Source of the DNA: Pseudomonadota bacterium
GTDB lineage: Bacteria > Pseudomonadota > Alphaproteobacteria > Caulobacterales > Caulobacteraceae
Reading direction: 5' to 3'
Length of the DNA: 64,000 nt
Assembly: GCA_046725615.1 (NCBI GenBank)
Contig: JBKOYY010000004.1
Span: 9,389 to 73,388 of the forward strand
Part shown: piece after piece, positions 22,486 to 31,803 of the stretch
How positions within the stretch are numbered: position 1 is the stretch's first letter
Layout of the letters: every line of letters begins with the position of its first letter
Notes under the pieces: model-generated
The model's input: only the letters and a program-made list of their open reading frames with translations
Told to the model about the DNA's origin: nothing
Databases searched by the model: none
Program-made: the position numbers and the translations under genes

Positions 22486-23166
22486 ATGAGGGCAACGGGA
22501 AAGTTTGTCGCCGCCCTTGTTGCCTGGCTCGCGAGCGCGAGCGGCGCATTGGCTGCAGATCCGGTCTGGGCACGGGCCCCGACCGCGGAAGACCTCGTGG
22601 CCGCTTTCCCGCGCGAAGGGGACCGGCTGGTGGAAGGCGTGGCCCAGCTCCGATGTGCTGTGGGGCCGGACCGCAAACTTGCAGATTGTGCGGTCGCGTC
22701 TGAGTCTCCGGCGGGCGCTGGCGTTGGCGCGGCCGCCTTGAGCCTTACGCCGAAGTTCGAGGTGACCGCGGACGCAGCCGAGAAGTTCGCCGGGCGGCCA
22801 CTGACAGTTCCGATCCGATTTCAGGAAGGTCCGGCTGTGCCGCCCGCCCGTCAGGCGAAGTATCAGATCATGAGGGGGTACGAGAGACTGGGAGACGCTG
22901 GTCCCTACTATCCCGATCGGGCTGCGCGAAGCCGCGTCACCGGAGTTGTGGTGATGGACTGCCGGGTCATGCCGCAGGGAGAGCTCGAGGCCTGTCAGAT
23001 CATCCAGGTATCGCCCTCCGACCAATTCTTTGAAGTGGCCGCGGTCCGAATGGCGGAGCGCAGATGGATGACGGCGGGAGAACCAGCCGTTCCCGGTACG
23101 CCTGAGCCGGCAGATGGGGTCTGGCGCTTTCGTGTGGAGTTTTCGGGCCGGCGTTCGGCGCCCTGA
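22486..23166 (+). CDS. Exported protein with two TonB C-terminal-like domains
   Basis: Signal peptide (ALA); two repeats with (F/Y)P...G.....C-x10-C; YPDRAARSRVTGVV. Confidence 0.7.
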   Translation: MRATGKFVAALVAWLASASGALAADPVWARAPTAEDLVAAFPREGDRLVEGVAQLRCAVGPDRKLADCAVASESPAGAGVGAAALSLTPKFEVTADAAEKFAGRPLTVPIRFQEGPAVPPARQAKYQIMRGYERLGDAGPYYPDRAARSRVTGVVVMDCRVMPQGELEACQIIQVSPSDQFFEVAAVRMAERRWMTAGEPAVPGTPEPADGVWRFRVEFSGRRSAP

Positions 23167-23169
23167 GGG

Positions 23170-23367
23170 TCATTCCTCGCGGTTCATCCACCGGATCAGC
23201 GGGAACAGGGGCACGCCCCAGAGCGTGCCGGCGAGGCCGAAGTAGACCAGGCGCGCCAGCCAGTGATCGGGAACGTAGTCGCCGACCGTCGAGACTACGA
23301 TCACGTAGAGGGCCATGAACGCGACGATGGCGAGCATGCCGACGAATTTCCGCACCCGGGCAGTCAT
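23170..23367 (-). CDS. DUF2842 family small membrane protein
   Basis: RKFVG...Y...LVYFGLAGTLWGVP two-helix pattern; 65 aa. Confidence 0.75.
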   Translation of the reverse strand: MTARVRKFVGMLAIVAFMALYVIVVSTVGDYVPDHWLARLVYFGLAGTLWGVPLFPLIRWMNREE

Positions 23368-23459
23368 GGTTGGCTCATAGCGGGCTGGGCGCGCGCGTGT
23401 AAGCCCGCTAAAGGGGTGCTCGCCAAAGTTCAGCCGGATTGCTGCGCCAACCGCGCCAC

Positions 23460-24491
23460 ATGATTTCGTTCCTGAGTTCAGACCGCTCGAAGCCCGTCGC
23501 CATCTGGCTGTTCGCCGTGGCGCTGCTGGTGCTGGGCATGATCGTGGTGGGCGGCGCCACGCGCCTGACCGATTCCGGCCTCTCGATTACCGAATGGAAG
23601 CCGGTGACAGGAGCGATCCCGCCGTTGAGCCAGGCGGACTGGCAGGCCGAGTTCGCCCGCTACAAACAGATCCCGCAATATTCGCAGCTCAACGCGGGCA
23701 TGAGCCTTGCGGACTTCAAGACCATCTACTGGTGGGAATGGTCGCATCGGCTGCTGGGCCGGGTCGTGGGCTTGGTGTTCGCGATACCGTTCGTGGTGTT
23801 CGCGATCCGCCGCCAGCTTCCACGTCGGCTGTTGGTTCGGCTGGGGCTGATCTTCCTGCTGGGTGCGGCGCAAGGCGCCGTGGGCTGGTGGATGGTCGCC
23901 AGCGGCCTCTCCGAGCGCGTCTCGGTCGCGCCGGAACGGTTGATGACTCACCTGGGGCTCGCCTTCGCTCTGCTCGGCGCGCTCCTCTGGACGGCCTTCG
24001 ACTGCTGGGCCGGCGCAGCGCGCCAGACGCTCCCGAGCCCGTGGGGACGGCGAGCCGCGTGGCTGCTTGGCCTGATTTATATCCAGATCCTTCTGGGCGC
24101 CTTGGTGGCAGGCAACGACGCTGGGCTCGTCTACAACGACTGGCCGCTGATGAACGGGCGCTGGCTGCCCGACGACTATCAGCGGGACACCCTTTGGCAG
24201 ACCCTGGCGCACAGCCAGGGCGCCGTTCAACTGCATCACCGGCTCGTAGCCTATCTCTTGACGATCGTCGCCGTGGCCACCGGGGTGGCCGCCTGGCGGT
24301 CCAGCTATCTGGCGCGTGAATCCAAGTTGCTGGCGGTAGGCGTGATGGTCGCCGTCCTGGCGCAGGCGGCCTTGGGCGTCGTCACCCTGATGGCCGGCGC
24401 GCCCCTTGGCCTCTCGATCGTCCACCAGGTCTCGGCGGCGCTCGTCCTGGGGCTGGGTGTGGCCTTTGCCTGGCGGGTTCGACGCATCTGA
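23460..24491 (+). CDS. ctaA: Heme A synthase (COX15/CtaA, type 2)
   Basis: [58 protein letters not shown]. Confidence 0.95.
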   Translation: MISFLSSDRSKPVAIWLFAVALLVLGMIVVGGATRLTDSGLSITEWKPVTGAIPPLSQADWQAEFARYKQIPQYSQLNAGMSLADFKTIYWWEWSHRLLGRVVGLVFAIPFVVFAIRRQLPRRLLVRLGLIFLLGAAQGAVGWWMVASGLSERVSVAPERLMTHLGLAFALLGALLWTAFDCWAGAARQTLPSPWGRRAAWLLGLIYIQILLGALVAGNDAGLVYNDWPLMNGRWLPDDYQRDTLWQTLAHSQGAVQLHHRLVAYLLTIVAVATGVAAWRSSYLARESKLLAVGVMVAVLAQAALGVVTLMAGAPLGLSIVHQVSAALVLGLGVAFAWRVRRI

Positions 24492-24578
24492 GGCGATAAA
24501 GTCACGGTATCATATTACCGTATGCAAAAAGTCTCATAATTACAATGGCCTGATGGCGTCGAGGCAGCTCCGATCGGG

Positions 24579-24607
24579 TTGACAGGGGCGCGCCCCTCCG
24601 GCATATG
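24579..24607 (+). promoter_or_regulatory. Sigma70 promoter of rplM-rpsI
   Basis: TTGACA-N17-CATATG, about 60 nt upstream of rplM. Confidence 0.7.
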
Positions 24608-24665
24608 CCGCGCCTCACGTCGGGGGCGCAGTCCAGTGCTCCCGCTAGTTATCGGATCGTCCCTC

Positions 24666-25142
24666 ATGCTGAAGAGCACTACGGCTTCGCTGAAGCCCGC
24701 CGAGGTCGAGAAGAAGTGGATCGTGATCGACGCCCAGGACGCCGTGGTCGGCCGACTGGCTTCGTTCATCGCCATGCGTCTTCGCGGCAAGCATCGGCCT
24801 GACTACACCCCGCACGTCGACTGCGGCGATTTCGTCGTCGTCGTGAACGCCGAGAAGGTGAAGTTCACCGGCAAGAAGCTGAGCGACAAGATCTTCCACT
24901 GGCACACGGGTCACCCGGGCGGCGTCAAGCAGCGCAACATGGGTCAGATCCTCGGCGGCAAGTACCCCGAGCGCGTGCTGGAAAAGGCCGTGGAGCGCAT
25001 GCTGCCCAAGGAGAGCCCGCTGGCTCGCAAGCAGATGACGCACCTGCGCATCTACGCCGGCGGCGAACACCCGCATGCGGCTCAGAACCCCGAGACCATC
25101 GCGTTCGCCGACCTGAACGCCAAGAACGTGCGGAGCGCGTAA
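24666..25142 (+). CDS. rplM: 50S ribosomal protein L13
   Basis: [37 protein letters not shown]. Confidence 0.98.
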   Translation: MLKSTTASLKPAEVEKKWIVIDAQDAVVGRLASFIAMRLRGKHRPDYTPHVDCGDFVVVVNAEKVKFTGKKLSDKIFHWHTGHPGGVKQRNMGQILGGKYPERVLEKAVERMLPKESPLARKQMTHLRIYAGGEHPHAAQNPETIAFADLNAKNVRSA

Positions 25143-25630
25143 TGAGCGAAGCCAACACCGAAGCCACCGGTTTCGACGCCCTGAAGGGCCTCGGCACGCA
25201 GGCCGCCGAAGAGGCGATCGTCCGCGAGCCGAAGATCGACGCCCAGGGCCGCTCGTACGCCACCGGCAAGCGCAAGAACGCGGTCGCCCGTGTGTGGATC
25301 AAGCCGGGCAAGGGCAAGATCACGGTCAACGGCCGTGACCAGGAGATTTACTTCGCGCGCCCTGTGCTGCGGATGATGATCGCCCAGCCGCTGCAGATCG
25401 CCGATCGCCTCGGCCAGTTCGACGTCGACGTGACGGTTGAAGGCTCGGGCCTCAGCGGCCAGGCCGGCGCCGTGCGTCATGGCATCGCCAAGGCGCTCAC
25501 CTACTACGAGCCGGGCCTGCGCGCCGTCCTGAAGCCGCACGGCTTCCTGACGCGCGACCCGCGCGTCGTCGAGCGGAAGAAGTACGGCAAGGCCAAGGCC
25601 CGACGCAGCTTCCAGTTCTCGAAGCGCTAA
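25142..25630 (+). CDS. rpsI: 30S ribosomal protein S9
   Basis: [43 protein letters not shown]-terminus. Confidence 0.98.
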   Translation: MSEANTEATGFDALKGLGTQAAEEAIVREPKIDAQGRSYATGKRKNAVARVWIKPGKGKITVNGRDQEIYFARPVLRMMIAQPLQIADRLGQFDVDVTVEGSGLSGQAGAVRHGIAKALTYYEPGLRAVLKPHGFLTRDPRVVERKKYGKAKARRSFQFSKR

Positions 25631-25658
25631 ACCGCGCGCGACAACTCGCGTTTACGGC

Positions 25659-25695
25659 AAGGGCGCTTCGGGAAACCGAGGCGCCCTTTCTCTTT
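25659..25695 (+). terminator. Intrinsic terminator of rplM-rpsI
   Basis: AAGGGCGCTTCGG-GAAA-CCGAGGCGCCCTTT followed by CTCTTT. Confidence 0.85.
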
Positions 25696-25719
25696 GGTCC
25701 CTGCCCATCGGAGGCCGAT

Positions 25720-26697
25720 ATGGCCCACACAGTCTTCATCGACGGCGAAGCCGGCACGACCGGCCTTCAGATCCGGGACCGGCTGGCTGGCCGCGCCGAC
25801 CTGGAGGTGGTGTCGATCGACCCTGCGCGGCGCAAGGACCCGGAGGCTCGTCGCGAGCTGCTGAATGGCGTCGACGCCGTGGTGCTGTGCCTGCCCGATG
25901 ACGCGGCACGCGAGGCGGTGTCGATGATCAGCACGGCCAGCGTGAAGGTAATCGACGCGTCGACTGCGCACCGCGTCGCGCCGGATTGGACTTACGGTTT
26001 TGCCGAAATGTCTGACCAACGGGACGCGATTCGCGCTTCCAGTCGTGTCTCCAACCCCGGCTGCTACCCGACGGGCTTCATCGGCCTGATTCAGCCTCTC
26101 GTTGCGGCCGGCCTCGTCCCGACCGATTTCCCGCTCACCGTCAACGCGGTGTCCGGCTACTCCGGCGGAGGCAAGGGGCTGATCGGTGAGTTCGAGGAGG
26201 CGGCGCCGCCCGTCGGCACCGATGACGCCTTCCGCGCCTACGGCTTCACCCTTGCGCACAAGCACCTGCCCGAGATGCAGGCCTATGCGGGCCTCGCGCA
26301 CGCCCCGGTGTTCGCCCCGTCGGTCGGTCGCTACGCCCAGGGGATGCTGGTGGAGGTCCCGCTGCAGCTGTGGGCCATGCGCGGCACGCCCAACCCGGCC
26401 GACCTGCACGGCGCGTTGACCGAGGCCTATTCGGGAGAGACTTTCGTCGAGGTGGCCAGCTGGGACGAGTGCCAGGCGCTGCAGGCGGAACGGGCCGGCG
26501 CGGCCGGGTACGTGCGGGCGCTGGATCCCCAGAGCCTGAACGGTACGAACCGGATGCGGCTGTACGTGTTCGGCAACGCCATGCGGGGACAGGCGCGGCT
26601 GGTGGCGGTCCTGGACAACCTGGGCAAGGGCGCCTCGGGCGCGGCGGTCCAGAACCTGAACCTGATGCTGGGCCTGCCCGAGGGCGCCGGCCTCTGA
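25720..26697 (+). CDS. argC: N-acetyl-gamma-glutamyl-phosphate reductase (short type)
   Basis: [52 protein letters not shown]. Confidence 0.95.
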   Translation: MAHTVFIDGEAGTTGLQIRDRLAGRADLEVVSIDPARRKDPEARRELLNGVDAVVLCLPDDAAREAVSMISTASVKVIDASTAHRVAPDWTYGFAEMSDQRDAIRASSRVSNPGCYPTGFIGLIQPLVAAGLVPTDFPLTVNAVSGYSGGGKGLIGEFEEAAPPVGTDDAFRAYGFTLAHKHLPEMQAYAGLAHAPVFAPSVGRYAQGMLVEVPLQLWAMRGTPNPADLHGALTEAYSGETFVEVASWDECQALQAERAGAAGYVRALDPQSLNGTNRMRLYVFGNAMRGQARLVAVLDNLGKGASGAAVQNLNLMLGLPEGAGL

Positions 26698-26754
26698 GGG
26701 GCGCGGCCACGGCGGCGCTTGCATCCTGGCCAGGAGCGATCACGTAATCGGGGC

Positions 26755-27249
26755 ATGAGCACGCATCGTCCCGTGGATCGCCGCGCCGTCCTCTCGGCCG
26801 CCGTTTCGCTGCTGAGCCTGCCCAGCGTCGCCGCGGCCGCCAGGGATCCCTATGCCGACAGCCCCTGGCGCAAGGTCGGCGACGCCGAGTGGCGCAAGCG
26901 GTTGCCGCCGGCGAGCTATCGTGTCCTGCGTCAGGAGGACACCGAGCGCGCCGGGACCAGCCCGCTGAACCACGAGAAGCGGAAGGGGACGTTCGTGTGC
27001 CTTGGCTGCGACCTGCCGCTGTTCAGCTCGGAGACCAAGTTCGACAGTGGCACGGGCTGGCCCAGCTTCTATCGCGCGCTGCCGGGCGCGGTGGCGACGA
27101 AGACGGACTACAAGATCGGCGTGCCGCGCACCGAGTACCACTGCGCCCGCTGCCTGGGGCACCAGGGCCATGTGTTCGACGACGGACCCCGACCGACCGG
27201 CCTGCGCTACTGCAACAACGGCGTCGCGCTGAGGTTCGTCCCGGCCTAG
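26755..27249 (+). CDS. msrB: Methionine-R-sulfoxide reductase with Tat-like signal peptide
   Basis: DRRAVL...AAA signal; GTERA, CLGC, KFDSGTGWPSF, GHQGHVFDDGP, RYCNNG. Confidence 0.93.
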   Translation: MSTHRPVDRRAVLSAAVSLLSLPSVAAAARDPYADSPWRKVGDAEWRKRLPPASYRVLRQEDTERAGTSPLNHEKRKGTFVCLGCDLPLFSSETKFDSGTGWPSFYRALPGAVATKTDYKIGVPRTEYHCARCLGHQGHVFDDGPRPTGLRYCNNGVALRFVPA

Positions 27250-27386
27250 GAGCTGCGGGCGACGACCCGGACGACGGTGGCGTCCTGGACCTCCGGCCCG
27301 GTGGGCTTCTGCGTCTTCTGAGGCGCGGCGAGCGCGATGAGCGCCAGCAGGAGGCTGCCGACAAAGGCATAGACCACGAACTTCAT
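27246..27386 (-). CDS. Unannotated 46-aa exported or membrane peptide
   Basis: MKFVVYAFVGSLLLALIALAAPQKTQKPTGPEVQDATVVRVVARSS*; GGAGAGGA Shine-Dalgarno just upstream; stop overlaps the msrB stop (CTAG). Confidence 0.7.
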   Translation of the reverse strand: MKFVVYAFVGSLLLALIALAAPQKTQKPTGPEVQDATVVRVVARSS

Positions 27387-27461
27387 GACGTCCTCTCCCC
27401 AGGGACGGCGGTCCGAAGGAGCCGGCCCGGACGCGCGGGGCGCATCCGGGCCGCAGGGGGC

Positions 27462-28274
27462 CTAGAGCTTGCTGCTCTTGGGAGCGGGTGAGGGCGAGGC
27501 CGAGGGAGACGGCGAGGGCGAAGGCTCGGGCCCGACCTCGCGCACCTTGCCGGCGCCGGAGATGTCGGTCTCCAGCCGAGCGGGCCGGGTGAGCAGGCGC
27601 ACGTCGCCCGTCCCCGATATGTCCAGCCGCGCCCAATCTGTCGGCGCCAGGGTGGCGTCCCCGTCACCCGAGATCTCAACCTCGGCGCCCCGGGTCTTGA
27701 GCTGTCCCAGGTCGACGTCGCCGCGCCCGGAGATGTCGACCTCGACCTCGTCGGCCTGGCCAGTCGCCGTCACATCGGCGGCGCCGGAGACGTGCAGCGC
27801 CAGTCGCGGCTGCCTGTAGCCCTCGATGGCCAGGGTGCTGCGGCCGGAAAGGTCGAAGCGCTGGATGTTCGGCGCGCGGACTACGATCGACACCTTGCGA
27901 TGATGACCGTGGCTGGCGTGGCCGTAGCGGATCGAGTCGCCTTCGACGACGACGCCGCTCACAGCCCGTTGGGACCCGGCGACGGTGACGGTGGCGGGGC
28001 CGTCGGCCTGCACGTAGCGCACATCGGCCGGGAGCTCGATGTCCAGGCTGTCGGCTCCGCTCCAGTCGAGGGTGCGGGTCGCCTGGACGCCGGAGCCGGT
28101 CGAGTCGCTCTCGCTGTCCCAGTTCCATTCATTGTGGCCGCCCCAGCGGCCGTCGGCGATCCACCAGCCGCCGCGGGCGATGGCGTCGGGGCCGCCGATG
28201 GCGACAGCGGCGGAGAGCGCGCCGACGGAGAGGACGAACCCCGCGACGGCGATCATGAGGAGCACGCGGATCAT
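27462..28274 (-). CDS. DUF2807/GIN-domain (adhesin-like beta-helix) membrane-anchored protein
   Basis: N-terminal TM helix; repeated (V/I)SG.GDV/LSGRS units; Pro/Ser-rich tail; third gene of the PadR operon. Confidence 0.8.
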   Translation of the reverse strand: MIRVLLMIAVAGFVLSVGALSAAVAIGGPDAIARGGWWIADGRWGGHNEWNWDSESDSTGSGVQATRTLDWSGADSLDIELPADVRYVQADGPATVTVAGSQRAVSGVVVEGDSIRYGHASHGHHRKVSIVVRAPNIQRFDLSGRSTLAIEGYRQPRLALHVSGAADVTATGQADEVEVDISGRGDVDLGQLKTRGAEVEISGDGDATLAPTDWARLDISGTGDVRLLTRPARLETDISGAGKVREVGPEPSPSPSPSASPSPAPKSSKL

Positions 28275-28293
28275 GGCTTTTCGATCCTCCGGC

Positions 28294-28854
28294 TTAGGGT
28301 TCGAGCGCCGGCTTCAGCAGCCGGTAGTGGAGGCGTCCGTACCAGACGAGCGCATTCATCAGGCCGATCGAGACGATGGTCAGGATCGCGCCGCCGGAGG
28401 CCGAACCGGCCATGATGCCGATGCCGCCGAGGAGGGCGGTGGCCGGTCCGCCGGGCGGGTCCATGAATGGACCGGCGGCGAACACGAAGGCCCCTGCGAA
28501 GAAGGCGACTATGACCGCGACGGCGATCCCGACCAGGGCGCTGGCCACGCCGATCAGGATCGGCAGCAGCACCAGGATGTCGATGGCGCCGAGGCCCAGG
28601 ACCGCGAACACCGCCGCAGCGGCCGACGAGGGGCTACGCTCCTCGCGCCAGCGGTTGAGGGTGTTCTCGGCGCGCAGCTCGCGGGCGAGGCGGTCCGGGT
28701 CTCCGAGCGCGGCGGCGACTTCGGCTTCGGTCCGGCCGTCGGCCTCGCCGTCGGCGAAGTGCGCCTCGTAGTCGGCCATGATGTCGGCCACGGCCTGCGG
28801 GGGAAGGCCGCGCAGGCCGTCCCGGAGCCGGGCCAGGAAAGCCTGGCGTGTCAT
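28294..28854 (-). CDS. DUF1700 (HAAS-domain) membrane protein
   Basis: MTRQAFLARL..GL..LP....DI..DYEAHF.DG...G.......LGDP..LA, then TM helices. Confidence 0.88.
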   Translation of the reverse strand: MTRQAFLARLRDGLRGLPPQAVADIMADYEAHFADGEADGRTEAEVAAALGDPDRLARELRAENTLNRWREERSPSSAAAAVFAVLGLGAIDILVLLPILIGVASALVGIAVAVIVAFFAGAFVFAAGPFMDPPGGPATALLGGIGIMAGSASGGAILTIVSIGLMNALVWYGRLHYRLLKPALEP

Positions 28855-29180
28855 TTCGCCCCTCCAAAAACGATCTGGTCCACGGCGCCGGAAAAAGACG
28901 ACCACGCGTCCTTCTGGCCCTGGAAGGTTGTCTTGCCGCTCTCGCTGAGCCGGTAATACTTGCGCGGGGGACCCGCCGGGCTCTCCACCAGGTAGGTCTC
29001 CACCAGGCCGTCCGACTGCAGGCGCCGCATCAGCGGATAGATCGTGCCTTCGCCCATGCCGATGGCGTCGGACAGGCGGCTGGCGATCTCATAGGCGTAG
29101 CTGTCGTGCTTGGAGAGGAGCGCCAGCACACACAGTTCGAGCGCCCCCTTCTTCAGCTGGATTTCGATGGCTTCGGGCAC
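28851..29180 (-). CDS. PadR family transcriptional regulator
   Basis: QLKKGALELCVL, YAYEI, EGTIYPLMRRL, GPPRKYY. Confidence 0.93.
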   Translation of the reverse strand: MPEAIEIQLKKGALELCVLALLSKHDSYAYEIASRLSDAIGMGEGTIYPLMRRLQSDGLVETYLVESPAGPPRKYYRLSESGKTTFQGQKDAWSSFSGAVDQIVFGGAK

Positions 29181-29306
29181 GTGTTCGCACCTCCTTGCTG
29201 CGCCATTGAGTACGGCAAGGTAGTGAGTGGTACAAGGTAGCTTGCATTAAACCTTAGTAACCCGGCCGGCGGGGTTACGCGCCCGTCGCCTGGGCGGCGG
29301 ATCAGC

Positions 29307-31280
29307 TCAGCTCTTCACCTTGACGTATTCCCCAGGCGCGTCGCCGAGAGGCGGGAGGGGCCCCTTCGCCGGGTCGCGGGCCGGCACGAGCTTTCCGGAC
29401 TTCGCCTTCAGCCATTCAACCCAGTGCGGCCACCAGGAGCCGGGTGTCTCGACAGCCCCGGCCTGCCATTCCGCGAGAGTCTCGGGCAGGGCGCTGTTGG
29501 TCCAATGCTGGTACTTGTTGGCCACAGGGGCGTTGATCACGCCGGCGATGTGGCCGGACCCCGCCATGGTGAAGGTGGTTGGGCCGCCGAACAGGCGGGC
29601 GCCCTTGTAGACCGACCGCGCCGGGGCGATGTGGTCTTCCTTGGACGATTGGACGTAGACCGGGACCTTTACGTCGCCAAGGTTCAGCTTCACGCCGTCC
29701 ATGACCAGTTCGCCCTTGGCCAGGGCGTTGTCGCCATAGAAGCGGCGGAGGTAGAACAGGTGCAAGGTCCGCGGCATGCGCGTCTGGTCCGAGTTCCAGA
29801 ACAGCAGGTCGAACGGCTTGGGCTCCTTGCCCAGGAGATAGTTGTTCACGAAGAACGACCAGATCAGGTCGTTGGAGCGCAGGGCGTTGAAAGTGTCGGC
29901 CATGGACTGGCCCGACAAGACGCCGCCGCCCTCGTCCATCTTCTGTTCTAGGGTCTTCAGCCAGTTGTCATTGGTGAACAGAAGCAGGTCGCCGGCCTCG
30001 GAGAAGTCCTGCTGGGCCGCGAAGAAGGTGGCTGAGCCGATCGACGTGTCGCCCTTGGCCGCCATGTAGGCGAGGGTTGCCGACAGGAGCGTGCCGCCGA
30101 TGCAGTAGCCGACGGTGTTCACGTGATCGACGCCGGTCTGGCGCATGGCGGCGCCGACACCCTCGAAGATGCCCTGGCGCATGTAGTCTTCGAACGTCTT
30201 GGTCGCGAGTTCCGGCGTGGGATTGACCCACGAGGCGACGAAGACGGTGATCCCCTGGGCGGCGAGCCAGCGGATCATGGAATTCTCGGGCCGCAGGTCG
30301 AGGATGTAGAACTTGTTGATCCACGGCGGGAAGATCACCAGCGGGATCTCGTAAACCTGCTCGGTCGCTGGCGAGAACTGCAGCAACTCGATGATCTCGT
30401 TGCGGAAGATCACCTTCCCCGGCGCCGTGGCGACGTTCTCGCCGATCTTGAACATCTCGTAGTCGGTCTGGGCGATGGCGAGTTGTCCGCCTCCGCGCTG
30501 CAGATCGGCGGCGAAGTTCTCCATGCCCTTGACCAGGCTCTCGCCGCCGGTGGCCATCACCTGCTTCAGAGCCGTCGGATTCGAGGCAAGGAAGTTCGAC
30601 GGCGAGAAGGCGTCGGTGAGCATCCTCATGAAGAACTCGACCCGGCGCTTCTCCATCGGCTCGACGCCGTCGACCTCGGAGACCAGCTCGTTCAGGAAGT
30701 TGGCGGTCAGCAGATAGGACTGCTTGATGACGTCGAAGAGCGGGTTCTCGGACCAGTCCGGGTCGGCGAACCGCTTGTCGCCCTTGGCCGGCGAGACCAC
30801 GGGGTCCGAAGCCTCGCCGGTCATGCGGCGGGTGGCCGACTGCCACAGGTCGAGGTAGCGCGAGAACAGGTCGGCCTGGGCCCGCATCATCCGGTCAGGC
30901 TGGGCGGCGAGGCGGCCCATGACCTGGGTCAGGGCAGGGGCGACGTGGAAGGGATCAGGCGAGAGGGCGGCCGGCCGGTCCGCCTGGCGCAGCGCCATCT
31001 CGGCGATGGCGCCCTGGGCCGTAAGGGAGGCGCGCGCCAGGTTGAGCGACAGCTTCTCAAGCTGATCGCGATGCTCGGCGGTGAACTGCAGAGGATCGAA
31101 AGCGGCGCCCGGGAACGTCGCCTGTTCCGCGGGCTTCGGCGGCGGCTCGATCGGCGCCGCCGCGGCGTCGGCCCCAGAGGATTTCTTGGGCGACTTGGGT
31201 TCCTTCGCGGCCTTGCCGCCGCCCTTGGCGCTGGACTTCTTGGCCTTCGCCTTCGCGGAGGCCAGGGTCTCTTCGCTCAT
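29307..31280 (-). CDS. phaC: Class I poly(3-hydroxyalkanoate) synthase
   Basis: PSNF, TPG-type ATAPGKV, PPWINKFYILDL, GYCIGG lipase box, FWNSD, EDHIAP, SGHIAG, GSWW; start re-picked at ATG 31280. Confidence 0.96.
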   Translation of the reverse strand: MSEETLASAKAKAKKSSAKGGGKAAKEPKSPKKSSGADAAAAPIEPPPKPAEQATFPGAAFDPLQFTAEHRDQLEKLSLNLARASLTAQGAIAEMALRQADRPAALSPDPFHVAPALTQVMGRLAAQPDRMMRAQADLFSRYLDLWQSATRRMTGEASDPVVSPAKGDKRFADPDWSENPLFDVIKQSYLLTANFLNELVSEVDGVEPMEKRRVEFFMRMLTDAFSPSNFLASNPTALKQVMATGGESLVKGMENFAADLQRGGGQLAIAQTDYEMFKIGENVATAPGKVIFRNEIIELLQFSPATEQVYEIPLVIFPPWINKFYILDLRPENSMIRWLAAQGITVFVASWVNPTPELATKTFEDYMRQGIFEGVGAAMRQTGVDHVNTVGYCIGGTLLSATLAYMAAKGDTSIGSATFFAAQQDFSEAGDLLLFTNDNWLKTLEQKMDEGGGVLSGQSMADTFNALRSNDLIWSFFVNNYLLGKEPKPFDLLFWNSDQTRMPRTLHLFYLRRFYGDNALAKGELVMDGVKLNLGDVKVPVYVQSSKEDHIAPARSVYKGARLFGGPTTFTMAGSGHIAGVINAPVANKYQHWTNSALPETLAEWQAGAVETPGSWWPHWVEWLKAKSGKLVPARDPAKGPLPPLGDAPGEYVKVKS

Positions 31281-31359
31281 CAGTCCGTTCTCCCGAGCGG
31301 CGCGATCTCGCCTCGCGCTCTTTCGCCGACCACGATCATCGCATAAGACCTTGGCGCAA

Positions 31360-31803
31360 ATGAATGCGTCGCGCCCGCTTTTTCCGAAGGTCCTGCGCCT
31401 GACTCCATCGGCGAGCCTGCTTGCGGGTTGCGCGCTGCTGGCCAGCTGCGCGGGCAGCCCGTTCAAGGACGCCAAGGTCGATCCCGCGTCACCGGTGGCG
31501 TCGGACGTGGCGCGCATCACCCGCCAGCCGTCGAAATTCCCGACCTTCGCCGAAATCCCCAAGCCGCCGACCGACATTCGTCCGCTGGCCCAGTACGGCC
31601 GCGATGCGGCCGGGGTGCTGGCAGCCGGCGAGGCGCTGGAGCGCGCCACCGCGCCGGGCACCTGGACACTGGAAGGCACCGACGATTTCGCAACCAAGGC
31701 CCGGCGTGACGCCGGCCCGCAGCTCGAGCCGCCGAAGCCGGGCGAGGCCGAGGCTTTCGCCCGCGAACTGCGCGAGCGAGCTACCCCGCCTCCGCCGCGC
31801 TAG
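31360..31803 (+). CDS. Hypothetical lipoprotein
   Basis: Lipobox LASC after a hydrophobic stretch; divergent from phaC. Confidence 0.7.
   Translation: MNASRPLFPKVLRLTPSASLLAGCALLASCAGSPFKDAKVDPASPVASDVARITRQPSKFPTFAEIPKPPTDIRPLAQYGRDAAGVLAAGEALERATAPGTWTLEGTDDFATKARRDAGPQLEPPKPGEAEAFARELRERATPPPPR

Noticed and set aside
24505-24530. CATA...TATG resembling a dif site
   Set aside because: The spacer is 6 nt rather than the 8 nt between CATA and TATG in dif, and the XerD arm does not match
27480-27530. Short tandem-like repeats encoding PSPSPSASPSPAP
   Set aside because: Low-complexity protein tail of the DUF2807 gene, not a DNA repeat element
29247-29261. TTAA-accttag-TAAC resembling a CtrA box
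   Set aside because: Half-site spacing is off by one from TTAA-N7-TTAA
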